Assembly: GCA_047639555.1 (NCBI GenBank)
Contig: JBLIOE010000019.1
Location: forward strand, 714 to 64,713
DNA: 64,000 nucleotides
Direction of reading: 5' to 3'
Source: Candidatus Aldehydirespiratoraceae bacterium
GTDB lineage: Bacteria; Actinomycetota; Acidimicrobiia; Acidimicrobiales; Aldehydirespiratoraceae
Of the stretch, positions 44,589 to 54,100 are shown piece by piece. The notes beneath the pieces were generated by a model. The model ran no database searches. It was given only the letters and a program-made list of their open reading frames with translations, and was not told where the DNA came from. The translations under genes were made by a program, and so were the position numbers. Position 1 is the first letter of the stretch. Each line of letters starts with the position of its first letter.

Positions 44589-45410
44589 ATGACAGAAATC
44601 AAGGCGGACTGGTATCCCGACCCGGGTGGCAAACACGAGCTTCGTTACTACGACGGCACGGCCTGGACCGATCACGTATCGAGCCATGGTCGCCAGTCCA
44701 CCGACCCGCTCGTCGACGCGGGAATGGTGCCGACGACGGGCACTCCTCAGGCGAAGATTCAGCAGCAGGTCAACGAGAAGGCGGGTGTGCCGTCGGCCGC
44801 CGCGGGCGGCGGCACCATATTCAGCGAGCCGATCATCGTCGTCAACCAGAAGGCCAAGCTTCTCGAGATCAACACTGAGTATTCGGTGTTCGATCAGAAC
44901 GGCACGCAGATCGGGGCGATCCGCCAGGTCGGCCAAAGCAAGCTCAAAAAGGCCGCTCGGCTGGTGAGCAGTCTCGACCAGTTCATGACTCACAGCCTGC
45001 AGTTGGTCGACACCCAAGGTGTCGTGCAGCTCACGGTCACCCGGCCGGCGAAGTTTGTGAAGTCGAAGGTGCACGTCACCGACGCGGCGGGCAACGCAGT
45101 TGGTTCGATCGTGCAGAAAAACATGATGGGCAAGATCAAGTTCTCGCTCGAAACACCCTCGGGTCAGATCGGCACGCTCAACGGCGAGAACTGGCGAGCG
45201 TGGAACTTCAACCTGCAAGACGGTCAGGGCAATGAGGTCGCTCGGATCACCAAGACCTGGGAAGGGCTCGCGAAGACGATGTTCACCTCGGCGGACAACT
45301 ATGTCCTGCAGATTCATCGTCCGCTTGAAGAACCGTTGCGCAGCCTGGTGCTGGCATCGGCGGTATCGGTCGATCTTGCCCTCAAACAGGACAGCCGCGG
45401 GCTCGGGTAG
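44589..45410 (+). CDS. DUF2510 domain plus phospholipid-scramblase/LURP-one-like (tubby-fold) protein
   Basis: N-terminus DWYPDPGGKHELRYYDGTAWTDHV (DUF2510). The C-terminal 190 aa follow the scramblase pattern (YSVFDQNGTQIGAIRQ..., LTVTRPAKF..., ITKTWEGLAKTMFTSADNYVLQI, LVLASAVSVDLALKQ). Confidence 0.7.
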   Translation: MTEIKADWYPDPGGKHELRYYDGTAWTDHVSSHGRQSTDPLVDAGMVPTTGTPQAKIQQQVNEKAGVPSAAAGGGTIFSEPIIVVNQKAKLLEINTEYSVFDQNGTQIGAIRQVGQSKLKKAARLVSSLDQFMTHSLQLVDTQGVVQLTVTRPAKFVKSKVHVTDAAGNAVGSIVQKNMMGKIKFSLETPSGQIGTLNGENWRAWNFNLQDGQGNEVARITKTWEGLAKTMFTSADNYVLQIHRPLEEPLRSLVLASAVSVDLALKQDSRGLG

Positions 45411-45426
45411 GCGCTAGCGTTTCGGA

Positions 45427-46221
45427 GTGCTCCTTACGATCGACGTCGGCAACACGCAGAACGTCCTCGGTCTTTACGACCCCGGAAGCGATTCTGGAGA
45501 GGGCGCGGCTGTCGGGCTGGTCGATCACTGGCGGCTGTCGACCGACGCCGAGCGCACGTCCGACGAGTATTCGATCGCGATCCGGTCGCTACTTGATACG
45601 GCCGATGTCGATTTTGAGACGGATCTCACCGGTGTCGCTATCTGTTCGGGTGTGCCCCGAATCTTGGCGAACCTTCGGCAAATGGTTGAGCGTTACCTGT
45701 CGTTCGAACCGATCGTCATTGAACCGGGCGTCAAGACCGGGATGCCGATCCTCTACGACAACCCGAAGGAGGTTGGCGCCGACCGGATCGCCAACGCGAT
45801 CGCCGCGCACGACCTCTACGGCGGGCCCACCGTGGTCGTCGACTTCGGCACCGGCAACAACTTCGACGTGATCTCCGCTGATGGCGAGTTTCTGGGCGGC
45901 GCGATCGCCCCCGGAATTGAGGTCAGCCTTGATGCCCTATTCGGTCGAGCGGCGCAACTTCGCGCCATCGAGCTCGTCGAGCCGCGCAGTGTGATTGGCA
46001 AGTCCACTGTTGAGTCGATCCAGTCCGGTGCCGTCTACGGCTTCGCCGCCATGATCGATGGCATGATCGAACGTTTCGCTCGTGAACTCGGCGAAATCAA
46101 CGTCATCGCCACAGGCGGGCTGGCGCATCTGATCTCGCCCGTCGCCGAGAGCATCCAACACGTCGAACCCTTCCTCACCCTCCACGGTCTTCGGATCGTT
46201 CACCAACGGAACCAGCGATGA
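45427..46221 (+). CDS. coaX: Type III pantothenate kinase
   Basis: LLTIDVGNTQ, VVVDFGTGNNFD, IATGGLA. GTG start. Confidence 0.9.
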   Translation: MLLTIDVGNTQNVLGLYDPGSDSGEGAAVGLVDHWRLSTDAERTSDEYSIAIRSLLDTADVDFETDLTGVAICSGVPRILANLRQMVERYLSFEPIVIEPGVKTGMPILYDNPKEVGADRIANAIAAHDLYGGPTVVVDFGTGNNFDVISADGEFLGGAIAPGIEVSLDALFGRAAQLRAIELVEPRSVIGKSTVESIQSGAVYGFAAMIDGMIERFARELGEINVIATGGLAHLISPVAESIQHVEPFLTLHGLRIVHQRNQR

Positions 46222-47687
46222 CCGAACCTGTCCCGTACCGCGCCGACGTCACTGCGACCACGGCGCAGATCCTGCACGACCATGCGAATCTCGAAGATGG
46301 CGAGGAGACCGACGTCGTCGTGTCGATCGCCGGCCGCCTCATGCTGCGACGAGATCAGGGCAAGCTTGCCTTCGGTGTCCTGCAGGATTCCACGGGTCGA
46401 ATTCAGCTCTTCGCGATGGCGAAGCTCACGCCGGAGTTCGACGGTTTCACCGGGCTGTCGATCGGCGATTGGATCCTCGTGAAGGGCATCGTGATGAACA
46501 CCAAGCGCGGTGAACTCTCCGTGCGGGTCGACGAGTGGACGGTGCTCGCCCACGCCCAACGGCCATTCCCCGACAAGTGGCACGGCATCACCGATCCCGA
46601 TATTCGATACCGCCAGCGTTATGTCGACCTCTGGGTGACGGAAGAGGCCCGCACCGCATTTCGGCAACGGTCACAAATCGTGGCGTCGATGCGCCGCTGG
46701 CTGGGTGAGCGCGACTTCATCGAAGTCGAAACCCCGATGCTTCATCCCATTCCGGGGGGAGCGCTGGCGAAGCCGTTTGTCACCCACCACAACGCGCTCG
46801 ATACCGAGATGTATCTCCGGATTGCTCCGGAGCTCTATCTCAAGCGTCTCGTCGTCGGCGGGATGGAACGCGTCTTCGAAATCGGCCGCGTGTTCCGCAA
46901 CGAGGGCACGTCTACGCGCCACAATCCCGAGTTCACGATGCTTGAGCTCTATTGGGCCTACGCCGACCACCGCGACATGATGACGCTCACCGAAGACATG
47001 GTCGCGGCCGCGGCCACGGAAGTAATCGGCTCTACCACGATCGAATACGACGGCCGTGAGGTCGATCTTTCCACCCCGTGGCGTCGAGCCACGATGGAAG
47101 AACTGATCCTCGAACACGCGGGCATTGAGGTGAGCATCGACACTCCAATCGACGAGCTCCGAGCGTTGTGCGACAAGTTCGGGGTGGAGGCCAAGGACCA
47201 CTACGGCCCGGGCAAGCTCATCCTCGAGATCTACGAGAAGACCACCGAGTCCGAACTGTGGGGACCAATCTTCGTTACCGACTATCCGGTTGAAGTTTCG
47301 CCTCTCTCTCGCGAACACCGAGACCGTCCGGGCTACACCGAACGCTTCGAGGCGATCGTGGCTGGTCGCGAGCTTTGCAACGGCTTCTCCGAGCTGCAGG
47401 ACCCAGTCGTGCAACGCCAACGTTTCGAAGCGCAGGAGGCGGAAGGCGCCGCCGGCGACGACGAAGCCATGGTGGTCGACGACGACTACATCCGGGCGCT
47501 CGAATATGGCCTACCCGGCACCGCCGGCTTGGGCATCGGCATCGACCGTCTTGTGATGTTGCTCACCGGCACCACCACGATTCGCGACGTGGTGCTGTTC
47601 CCGACTCTGCGCCCCGAGTCGCCTGCGTCAGCCGCGACTTCGACCGACGAATCCGTCGAGGACGACGAGCAGTCGGCCCCCGAGTAG
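46218..47687 (+). CDS. lysS: Lysine--tRNA ligase (class II)
   Basis: OB-fold N-domain, FIEVETPML, RVFEIGRVFRNEG, GLGIGIDRLVMLLTG. ATGA overlap with coaX. Confidence 0.95.
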   Translation: MTEPVPYRADVTATTAQILHDHANLEDGEETDVVVSIAGRLMLRRDQGKLAFGVLQDSTGRIQLFAMAKLTPEFDGFTGLSIGDWILVKGIVMNTKRGELSVRVDEWTVLAHAQRPFPDKWHGITDPDIRYRQRYVDLWVTEEARTAFRQRSQIVASMRRWLGERDFIEVETPMLHPIPGGALAKPFVTHHNALDTEMYLRIAPELYLKRLVVGGMERVFEIGRVFRNEGTSTRHNPEFTMLELYWAYADHRDMMTLTEDMVAAAATEVIGSTTIEYDGREVDLSTPWRRATMEELILEHAGIEVSIDTPIDELRALCDKFGVEAKDHYGPGKLILEIYEKTTESELWGPIFVTDYPVEVSPLSREHRDRPGYTERFEAIVAGRELCNGFSELQDPVVQRQRFEAQEAEGAAGDDEAMVVDDDYIRALEYGLPGTAGLGIGIDRLVMLLTGTTTIRDVVLFPTLRPESPASAATSTDESVEDDEQSAPE

Positions 47688-47695
47688 CGCTGGCG

Positions 47696-49063
47696 TTACG
47701 TCCGAGCAGCTTTCGGCGTCTTGTAACGGAGCAGCGGCTGTTCGACGAGATACCAAGACGCCGCCGTGAAGAGCGTCGTTAAGCCGAGAGCCAGGAACGT
47801 CTTCCAGAGCACCGAACCGTCGCCCCACCAGTACCGCACGGCAGCGAACACAAGGGCGTGCCAGAGGTAGAGGCCGTAGGCGACCTTGCCGATGCCGCGG
47901 AGCCACGCCATCGAGAGCACGCGGCCACACAGCGTTCCTTGGGCCCCGATCGAGCCCCAGACGATGAAGGCACCCGAAAGGGCAACGAGCGTCCAGCCGT
48001 ACTCGTAGAAGAACGGCTCGCCCAGGGTCCGTTGGTTGACTGCCCAAAGAAAGAACACCCATCCGACCGTTGCGAGCCATGTGGGCCCTCGTCGAGGGAT
48101 CCATCCCTCAACCCAAATAAATGCGAGCCCGGCTCCGACCATCAGTGAGTCCGCCCGACCCAAAGTGCCGCTGTAGAGGCGGAAGACTTCGCCGCCACCC
48201 TCGTAGCTGCCGTTGCGGTAGAGAAGCGTCGCACCAATGATGACCACGATGATCGACAGAATCCACACGGTGCGGTCTCGCTGCGAACGAATGAGCTCGA
48301 GGAGCCCGGTGACGAACGCCAGCACGATCGCGGTGGTCGCCCATCGGCCCGCATCGTCCGAGTCGTTCCAGATGTAATTGTGTCCGGCCATCACAACAGC
48401 GACGCCGCCGAGGACCGACGCGCCCACGTTTATCGCCGGCCGACGAGACAACATCGCGACGACCACTGTCGGCCAGACAATGTAGAACTGCTCCTCAACG
48501 GACAGTGACCAGAGATGGGCCAGACCGAGCGAGATGTTGTAACCATCGCCGATGTCGGAGAGCCAGTTCAGGCTGAAGAAGGCCGCACCAAGGATGGACG
48601 CAACCTGGTCGGCCCCATCCGTGCCCGGGCTGAACAGTGGCACGTTGGGAATATCGGTCAGCGCGGCGAACACGATGTGTCCGGCCAGGAACAGGAACAG
48701 CGCAGGGAGAAGTCGAAACGCTCGGCGCCGATAGAAGCCCCTAAAGCTGATGACGTTCGTTCGAGTCTGCTCATTCAGCATGAGCGCCGTGATGAGGAAT
48801 CCGCTCAAAACGAAGAACAGATCAACGCCGAGATGACCGGACTTGAGCCACGAGTACTGGCGTTCGAGGATGTCGCTCGGGTAGTGCCAAAGGACGACGA
48901 GAAGCACGGCGAAGCCGCGAACGCCGTCGAGGGCCGGTTCCTGACCGAGCTGTCGCTTGGTGCTGACCGCGGCGGTTTGAGATGTTTCCATCGGTCTCCA
49001 GGTTGGGCGCGCTCGGGCTATTAGTACCGCAGTAGGGCGGCTTCGGCAATGAGCCATAGACAT
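47696..49063 (-). CDS. Acyltransferase-3 family integral membrane O-acyltransferase
   Basis: LDGVRGFAVLLVVLWH and HLGVDLFFVLSGFLIT. About 10 TM helices. ATGA overlap with the upstream MDR gene stop. Confidence 0.8.
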   Translation of the reverse strand: MSMAHCRSRPTAVLIARARPTWRPMETSQTAAVSTKRQLGQEPALDGVRGFAVLLVVLWHYPSDILERQYSWLKSGHLGVDLFFVLSGFLITALMLNEQTRTNVISFRGFYRRRAFRLLPALFLFLAGHIVFAALTDIPNVPLFSPGTDGADQVASILGAAFFSLNWLSDIGDGYNISLGLAHLWSLSVEEQFYIVWPTVVVAMLSRRPAINVGASVLGGVAVVMAGHNYIWNDSDDAGRWATTAIVLAFVTGLLELIRSQRDRTVWILSIIVVIIGATLLYRNGSYEGGGEVFRLYSGTLGRADSLMVGAGLAFIWVEGWIPRRGPTWLATVGWVFFLWAVNQRTLGEPFFYEYGWTLVALSGAFIVWGSIGAQGTLCGRVLSMAWLRGIGKVAYGLYLWHALVFAAVRYWWGDGSVLWKTFLALGLTTLFTAASWYLVEQPLLRYKTPKAART

Positions 49064-50187
49064 CAGTCAGCCGGAGGGACAAGCACCAGCTTGCCCGCGA
49101 ACGACTTCGCGAGGAAGTCCTCTTGCGCACGAACGATGTCTTCGAGCGGGTAGGTGGCGGCGATGATCGGGACGATCTCGCCGCGTTCGATGTAGCGGAC
49201 GAGGTTCTCGAATACCTCGCGCGGCTGATAGGTCGATCCCAGCAGCGTGAGGTCCTTGAGATACAACGTGCGAACGTCGAGTTCGACGATTGGTCCGGCG
49301 ATCGCCCCGGCGCAGACGTAGCGTCCCTGCCGGCGAAGAACGTCGAGGAGAGCGGGCCAGGTGGGCCCGGCGACAACGTCGACGACAACATCGAGGGAGT
49401 CCCGGCCGAGTTCGGCCACGACATCGGCGTCGCGGCCAAGGAGGCGGTCGGCCCCGAGCGCGCGAACCTCGTCCCACTTCGACTGAGAAGCGACGCCGAT
49501 CACCGTGGCGCCACGTCGTTTGGCCAGTTGGACGGCCGCGGAACCGACGCCGCCTGAGGCCCCGGTGATCAACACGGTCTCACCATCGGCCAATCCGACG
49601 CGGTGGAGCATGGCTTCGGCGGTGGAGTACGCGCAGGGAAACGACGCGAGCTCGATATCGGTCAGATCGGAGCGAATCTCAAATGCTTCGCGGCTCGCCA
49701 CGCAGCAGTACTGGGCGAAGCCGCCGTCGATTTCTGAGCCCATGGTGATGAGCGCGTTCGCGTCGTCACGGGGGCCGGTGGTCTGCATCGAACGAACCAG
49801 CACGCGTTGGCCCAGTCGCCCGGAGTCGACATTGCTCCCGACGGCCACGATCGTTCCGGCGGCGTCGGCGCCTTGGACCCGAGGAAAGTTGAGGCCTTCG
49901 CCGGCCCAGCCACCGTCGTCAGAGACGTCTTCGCCGTAGCCCTCGTCGCCACCGGTTCCGGTCCCCGATGTGACGGACTTCGAATACCAGCCGATGCGGG
50001 TGTTGATGTCGGTGTTGTTGACTCCCGCCGCGCCCACCCGCAGAACGATCTCGTTCGGCCCCGGTGTCGGCACCGGCACGTCGTTTCGATACTCGAGCTT
50101 TTCGAACCCGCCGTGTCCGGTCAGGTACACGGCAGTCATCTTGGTCGGCAGGTCGCTCATCGGCGGCGAGTCTGCTTCACGAGCCAT
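49063..50187 (-). CDS. Zinc-type alcohol dehydrogenase / quinone oxidoreductase family (MDR)
   Basis: PGPNEIVLRVGAAGVNNTD and ITGASGGVGSAAVQLAKRRGA. The start is uncertain, with in-frame ATGs at 50187/50160/50139. Confidence 0.8.
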   Translation of the reverse strand: MAREADSPPMSDLPTKMTAVYLTGHGGFEKLEYRNDVPVPTPGPNEIVLRVGAAGVNNTDINTRIGWYSKSVTSGTGTGGDEGYGEDVSDDGGWAGEGLNFPRVQGADAAGTIVAVGSNVDSGRLGQRVLVRSMQTTGPRDDANALITMGSEIDGGFAQYCCVASREAFEIRSDLTDIELASFPCAYSTAEAMLHRVGLADGETVLITGASGGVGSAAVQLAKRRGATVIGVASQSKWDEVRALGADRLLGRDADVVAELGRDSLDVVVDVVAGPTWPALLDVLRRQGRYVCAGAIAGPIVELDVRTLYLKDLTLLGSTYQPREVFENLVRYIERGEIVPIIAATYPLEDIVRAQEDFLAKSFAGKLVLVPPAD

Positions 50188-50247
50188 CGCCCGGCAAGGA
50201 GCGGTGGGTTCGACGCCGCAGTCTCGCGCCGGATGAGAATCCGACGG

Positions 50248-51267
50248 CTAGCGAGCCTTGCGGCTGAAGCGCTTGCGGCCGAGTGGGGCTGCGGCCCGTT
50301 CGATCAGATGATCGGCGGCCGCTCGAAGTGCCCGAGCTGCCGGGGTGTCGGGGAGATCGGTGAGAGTTGCCGCGGCCTTGTCAGCCCACGACTGCGCAAC
50401 ATCGAGAGAAATTCGGACACCGTCGCTCGTTCGAACGAGTTCGCGAGCTTGGTCACGCTGCGCGGTGGTGATCTCGGGTGTGAGGAGCGGTCGGAGCTGA
50501 GCTTCGATGGTCGGTTCGGCGAGGGCGTGGATCACGGGAAGGGTGTAGATGCCTTCCACGAGGTCGTTGCCGGCCGGCTTTCCGAGTTGCGCATCGGTGG
50601 CGATGATGTCGAGAATGTCGTCGACTACCTGGAAGGCCATCCCGTAGGCCTTGCCGAACTCGGTCATCGAGTCGATCACCGGGCGGGGGAGATCAGCGAC
50701 TATTGCTCCGATGCGACAGGCGGTGGCCAACAACGAGGCGGTCTTGCCGGCGATCGATCGCTCGTAGCTGGCGATGGTGCGATCGGACTTGTACGCCGAT
50801 TCGAGTTCGAGGATCTGGCCTTCGCACAACTCTGTGATCGTTGTGGCAAGAATGCCAGCCACTTCGGTGCCGAGTCCGGCGGCCAGTTCTGAAGAACGGC
50901 CGAGCAGATAGTCGCCCGCGAGAATCGCTCGCAGGTTGCCCCACTGGGCGTTGACGCTCTTTACGCTGCGGCGAGTGGTGGCGTCGTCCATCACATCGTC
51001 GTGGTAGAGCGAACCAATATGGACGAGTTCGACGGCGCAACCGCCGTGGATCACGTCGAGCGATGCCGCGGCGCCCACCGGGTCGAGTACCGCGCTGGCC
51101 GCAATCGAGAAGCCCGGGCGGACGCGCTTGCCACCCGCAAGAATGAGGTGGCTGGCGATCTCAGTGAGGAATTCGGCATCCGACGCGACGACGCGAAGGA
51201 GTTCTTGTTCGACCCTCTGAAGGTCGTCTTCCATGCTCGGCAAGATGGAAAGCGGGGACGCAGCCAC
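50248..51267 (-). CDS. Polyprenyl diphosphate synthase (trans-IPPS, GrcC1/HepT-like)
   Basis: GGKRVRP, first DDxxD LYHDDVMDD, second FQVVDDILD. Confidence 0.85.
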   Translation of the reverse strand: MAASPLSILPSMEDDLQRVEQELLRVVASDAEFLTEIASHLILAGGKRVRPGFSIAASAVLDPVGAAASLDVIHGGCAVELVHIGSLYHDDVMDDATTRRSVKSVNAQWGNLRAILAGDYLLGRSSELAAGLGTEVAGILATTITELCEGQILELESAYKSDRTIASYERSIAGKTASLLATACRIGAIVADLPRPVIDSMTEFGKAYGMAFQVVDDILDIIATDAQLGKPAGNDLVEGIYTLPVIHALAEPTIEAQLRPLLTPEITTAQRDQARELVRTSDGVRISLDVAQSWADKAAATLTDLPDTPAARALRAAADHLIERAAAPLGRKRFSRKAR

Positions 51268-51429
51268 GCCGACACGCTACGTGAAATATGACCGTTCGGC
51301 CCATCGGAGAATTCACACCCAGGAGAAATCTGCCGATGGAGAGCACAGGAGTTGGCGGATTCGACCGTTTCAGGCCGAATCGCCCCGGTACACTCTGATG
51401 AACGACCCACACCTGGGAGGGAAATACCG

Positions 51430-53997
51430 ATGTTCGAGCGGTTTACTGACAGGGCTCGGCGAGTGGTGGTGCTTGCGCAGGAAGAAGCGCGCCTGCTCAA
51501 CCACAACTACATCGGGACCGAGCACATTCTGCTTGGCCTCATTCACGAGGGCGAAGGTGTAGCGGCGAAAGCCCTCGAATCGCTCGGGATCAGCCTGGAA
51601 GCCGTGCGCAACCAGGTTGAAGAGATCATTGGACAAGGCGGCTCCTCGCCAAGCGGCCACATCCCATTCACGCCTCGCGCCAAGAAGGTCCTCGAGCTCA
51701 GCCTCCGTGAGGCGTTGCAGCTTGGCCACAACTACATCGGCACCGAACACATCCTGTTAGGCCTCATCCGTGAGGGCGAAGGTGTGGCCGCGCAGGTCCT
51801 CGTCAAGCTTGGCGCCGACCTCAGCCGTGTCCGCCAGCAGGTCATCCAGCTGCTGTCCGGCTATTCCGGCTCTTCCGGGGCCGGCGAGTCGAGCGGAAGT
51901 AGCAGCGGCGGTGGCGGCGAAAAAGCAGGCGCCACCAGCGGCGGTTCAGGCGGCGACAGTGCCTCCGGTTCGCTTGTACTCGACCAATTCGGTCGCAACC
52001 TCACACAACTGGCGCGCGAGAAGGGCCTCGATCCTGTGATCGGCCGCTCCCGTGAAGCCGAACGCGTGATGCAAATTCTCAGTCGACGCACCAAGAACAA
52101 TCCAGTTCTTGTTGGCGAGCCCGGTGTGGGCAAAACCGCGATCGTCGAGGGCCTTGCCCAGTCGATCGCCGCTGACGACGTGCCGGAAACCCTGCGCGGC
52201 AAGCAGCTCTACACCCTCGACCTCGGCGCCCTCGTCGCTGGTTCGCGGTATCGCGGTGACTTCGAAGAGCGCCTGAAGAAGGTGCTCAAGGAGATCAAGA
52301 CCCGCGGCGACATCATCTTGTTCATCGATGAGATCCACACGCTCGTGGGTGCCGGTGCCGCCGAAGGCGCGATTGATGCTGCGTCGATCCTCAAGCCAAT
52401 GTTGGCTCGTGGTGAACTCCAGACCATCGGCGCCACAACGCTCGACGAATACCGCAAGCATCTCGAGAAGGACGCCGCACTCGAGCGTCGTTTCCAGAAG
52501 GTGCTGGTCGACGAGCCCACCGTGGCGCACACGATCGAGATCCTGAAGGGTCTCCGTGATCGCTACGAAACACACCATCGTGTAACCATCACCGATCAAG
52601 CGCTGCTGGCCGCGGCGAACTTGGCCGATCGTTACATTGCCGATCGCCACCTCCCGGACAAGGCCATCGACCTCATCGATGAGGCCGGTGCCCGCTTGCG
52701 CATCAAGCGCATGGAGACCCCGCCGGAATACAAGGAACTCGAAACCGAGATCGCCGAGGTCGTTCGAGAGAAGAAGGACGCGGTCGAAGGCCAGCAGTTC
52801 GAAGAAGCTGGTCGGTTGCGTGACAAGGAAAAGGAACTCCTTGCCCGTCGCGAGTCGATGGAAGGCGACGCAAAGGCGTCAGGCCTTGATCTCTTCGACG
52901 AGGTCGACGAGGAAGCGATCGCCGAGGTGCTGTCGTTGTGGACCGGTATTCCGGTCTACAAGCTCACTGAGGAAGAGACCGAGAAGCTCCTCCGTATGGA
53001 AGATGAGCTGCACAAGCGTGTTATCGGCCAGCAAGACGCCATTGCGGCGGTCTCGCGCGCAATCCGCCGCACCCGTGCCGGTCTCAAGGATCCCAAGCGT
53101 CCGTCCGGTTCGTTCATCTTCCTCGGCCCCTCGGGCGTTGGTAAGACAGAACTCGCCAAGACCCTCGCCGAGTTCTTGTTCGGTGACGAAACCGCACTCA
53201 TCAGCCTCGACATGTCGGAGTACATGGAGAAGCACACGGTGAGCCGTCTTGTTGGTTCGCCTCCCGGCTATGTCGGGTACGAAGAGGGCGGCCAGCTCAC
53301 CGAAAAGGTGCGCCGCAAGCCGTTCTCTGTGGTGCTGTTCGACGAGGTCGAGAAGGCCCACCCGGATGTCTTCAACACGCTGTTGCAGATTCTCGAAGAG
53401 GGTCGTCTCACTGACAGCCAAGGCCGCTCGGTCGACTTCCGAAACACCGTGCTGATCATGACTTCCAACCTGGGCACCGCCGATCTACGCAAGGCCAATA
53501 TTGGCTTCGGTAGCGGCGACGAAGCGGTCAACTACGAGAAGATGAAGGAAAAGGTCAACGATGCGCTGAAGGCGCATTTCCGACCGGAATTCCTGAACCG
53601 CATCGATGACACGATCGTTTTCCACGAACTCAGCCAGCCTGAGGTTCGCCAGATCGTGGACCTCATGGTCGCCCGGACGGCCGTTCAGCTCGGCCAGCAG
53701 GGTATGGGCCTCGAGATCACCGACGCGGCCAAGGACCACCTCGCCGACAAGGGCTACGACCCCACGTTGGGTGCGCGTCCATTGCGACGAGCGCTTCAGC
53801 GCCTCGTTGAGGATCCGTTGTCGGAGAAGCTTCTCTACAAGGAATTCCGCGCCGGCGAGATCATCATTGTCGACGTCGAAGCTGATCCTGAGAACAACAA
53901 CGAGCTCACGGTCGTCTTCCGGTCGATTGAAGGCTTCGAGCCAGCTGAGCCTGAGCTTGAGGCTGCCATCGATGGTGGAGAGTCGCTCGACATCTGA
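51430..53997 (+). CDS. clpC: ATP-dependent Clp protease ATPase subunit ClpC
   Basis: [20 protein letters not shown], doubled Clp-N repeats, two AAA+ modules ([18 protein letters not shown]), UVR-like segment. The ATG at 51430 is preceded by GGGAGGG. Long Gly/Ser linker after the N-domain. Confidence 0.95.
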   Translation: MFERFTDRARRVVVLAQEEARLLNHNYIGTEHILLGLIHEGEGVAAKALESLGISLEAVRNQVEEIIGQGGSSPSGHIPFTPRAKKVLELSLREALQLGHNYIGTEHILLGLIREGEGVAAQVLVKLGADLSRVRQQVIQLLSGYSGSSGAGESSGSSSGGGGEKAGATSGGSGGDSASGSLVLDQFGRNLTQLAREKGLDPVIGRSREAERVMQILSRRTKNNPVLVGEPGVGKTAIVEGLAQSIAADDVPETLRGKQLYTLDLGALVAGSRYRGDFEERLKKVLKEIKTRGDIILFIDEIHTLVGAGAAEGAIDAASILKPMLARGELQTIGATTLDEYRKHLEKDAALERRFQKVLVDEPTVAHTIEILKGLRDRYETHHRVTITDQALLAAANLADRYIADRHLPDKAIDLIDEAGARLRIKRMETPPEYKELETEIAEVVREKKDAVEGQQFEEAGRLRDKEKELLARRESMEGDAKASGLDLFDEVDEEAIAEVLSLWTGIPVYKLTEEETEKLLRMEDELHKRVIGQQDAIAAVSRAIRRTRAGLKDPKRPSGSFIFLGPSGVGKTELAKTLAEFLFGDETALISLDMSEYMEKHTVSRLVGSPPGYVGYEEGGQLTEKVRRKPFSVVLFDEVEKAHPDVFNTLLQILEEGRLTDSQGRSVDFRNTVLIMTSNLGTADLRKANIGFGSGDEAVNYEKMKEKVNDALKAHFRPEFLNRIDDTIVFHELSQPEVRQIVDLMVARTAVQLGQQGMGLEITDAAKDHLADKGYDPTLGARPLRRALQRLVEDPLSEKLLYKEFRAGEIIIVDVEADPENNNELTVVFRSIEGFEPAEPELEAAIDGGESLDI

Positions 53998-54022
53998 GCG
54001 AATCGACAACCGACTACTTGGG

Positions 54023-54054
54023 AACCGCCGGCTGATTTCAGCCGGCGGTTTTCG
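54023..54054 (+). terminator. Rho-independent terminator after clpC
   Basis: AACCGCCGGCTG-ATTT-CAGCCGGCGGTT (12-bp perfect stem) followed by TTCG. Confidence 0.65.
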
Positions 54055-54100
54055 CGTGCCTGGCCACCGGGTTGGACTCTGGGCGTCTAGCGTTCTCGCA

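Noticed and set aside
51268-51429. SigH-type or ClgR-type promoter upstream of clpC
   Set aside because: I scanned for GGAAT/C-N16-19-GTT and found none. Only a weak TACACT -10-like hexamer is present.
53606-54100. N-terminal extension of the 646-aa track ORF overlapping the clpC 3' end and its terminator
   Set aside because: It overlaps clpC out of frame and runs through a strong terminator hairpin. A lipoprotein signal peptide begins at the ATG at 54101. Analogous extensions of the track ORFs at 56476, 38194, 39125, 39831, 41320, 18928 and 6363 were trimmed for the same reason.
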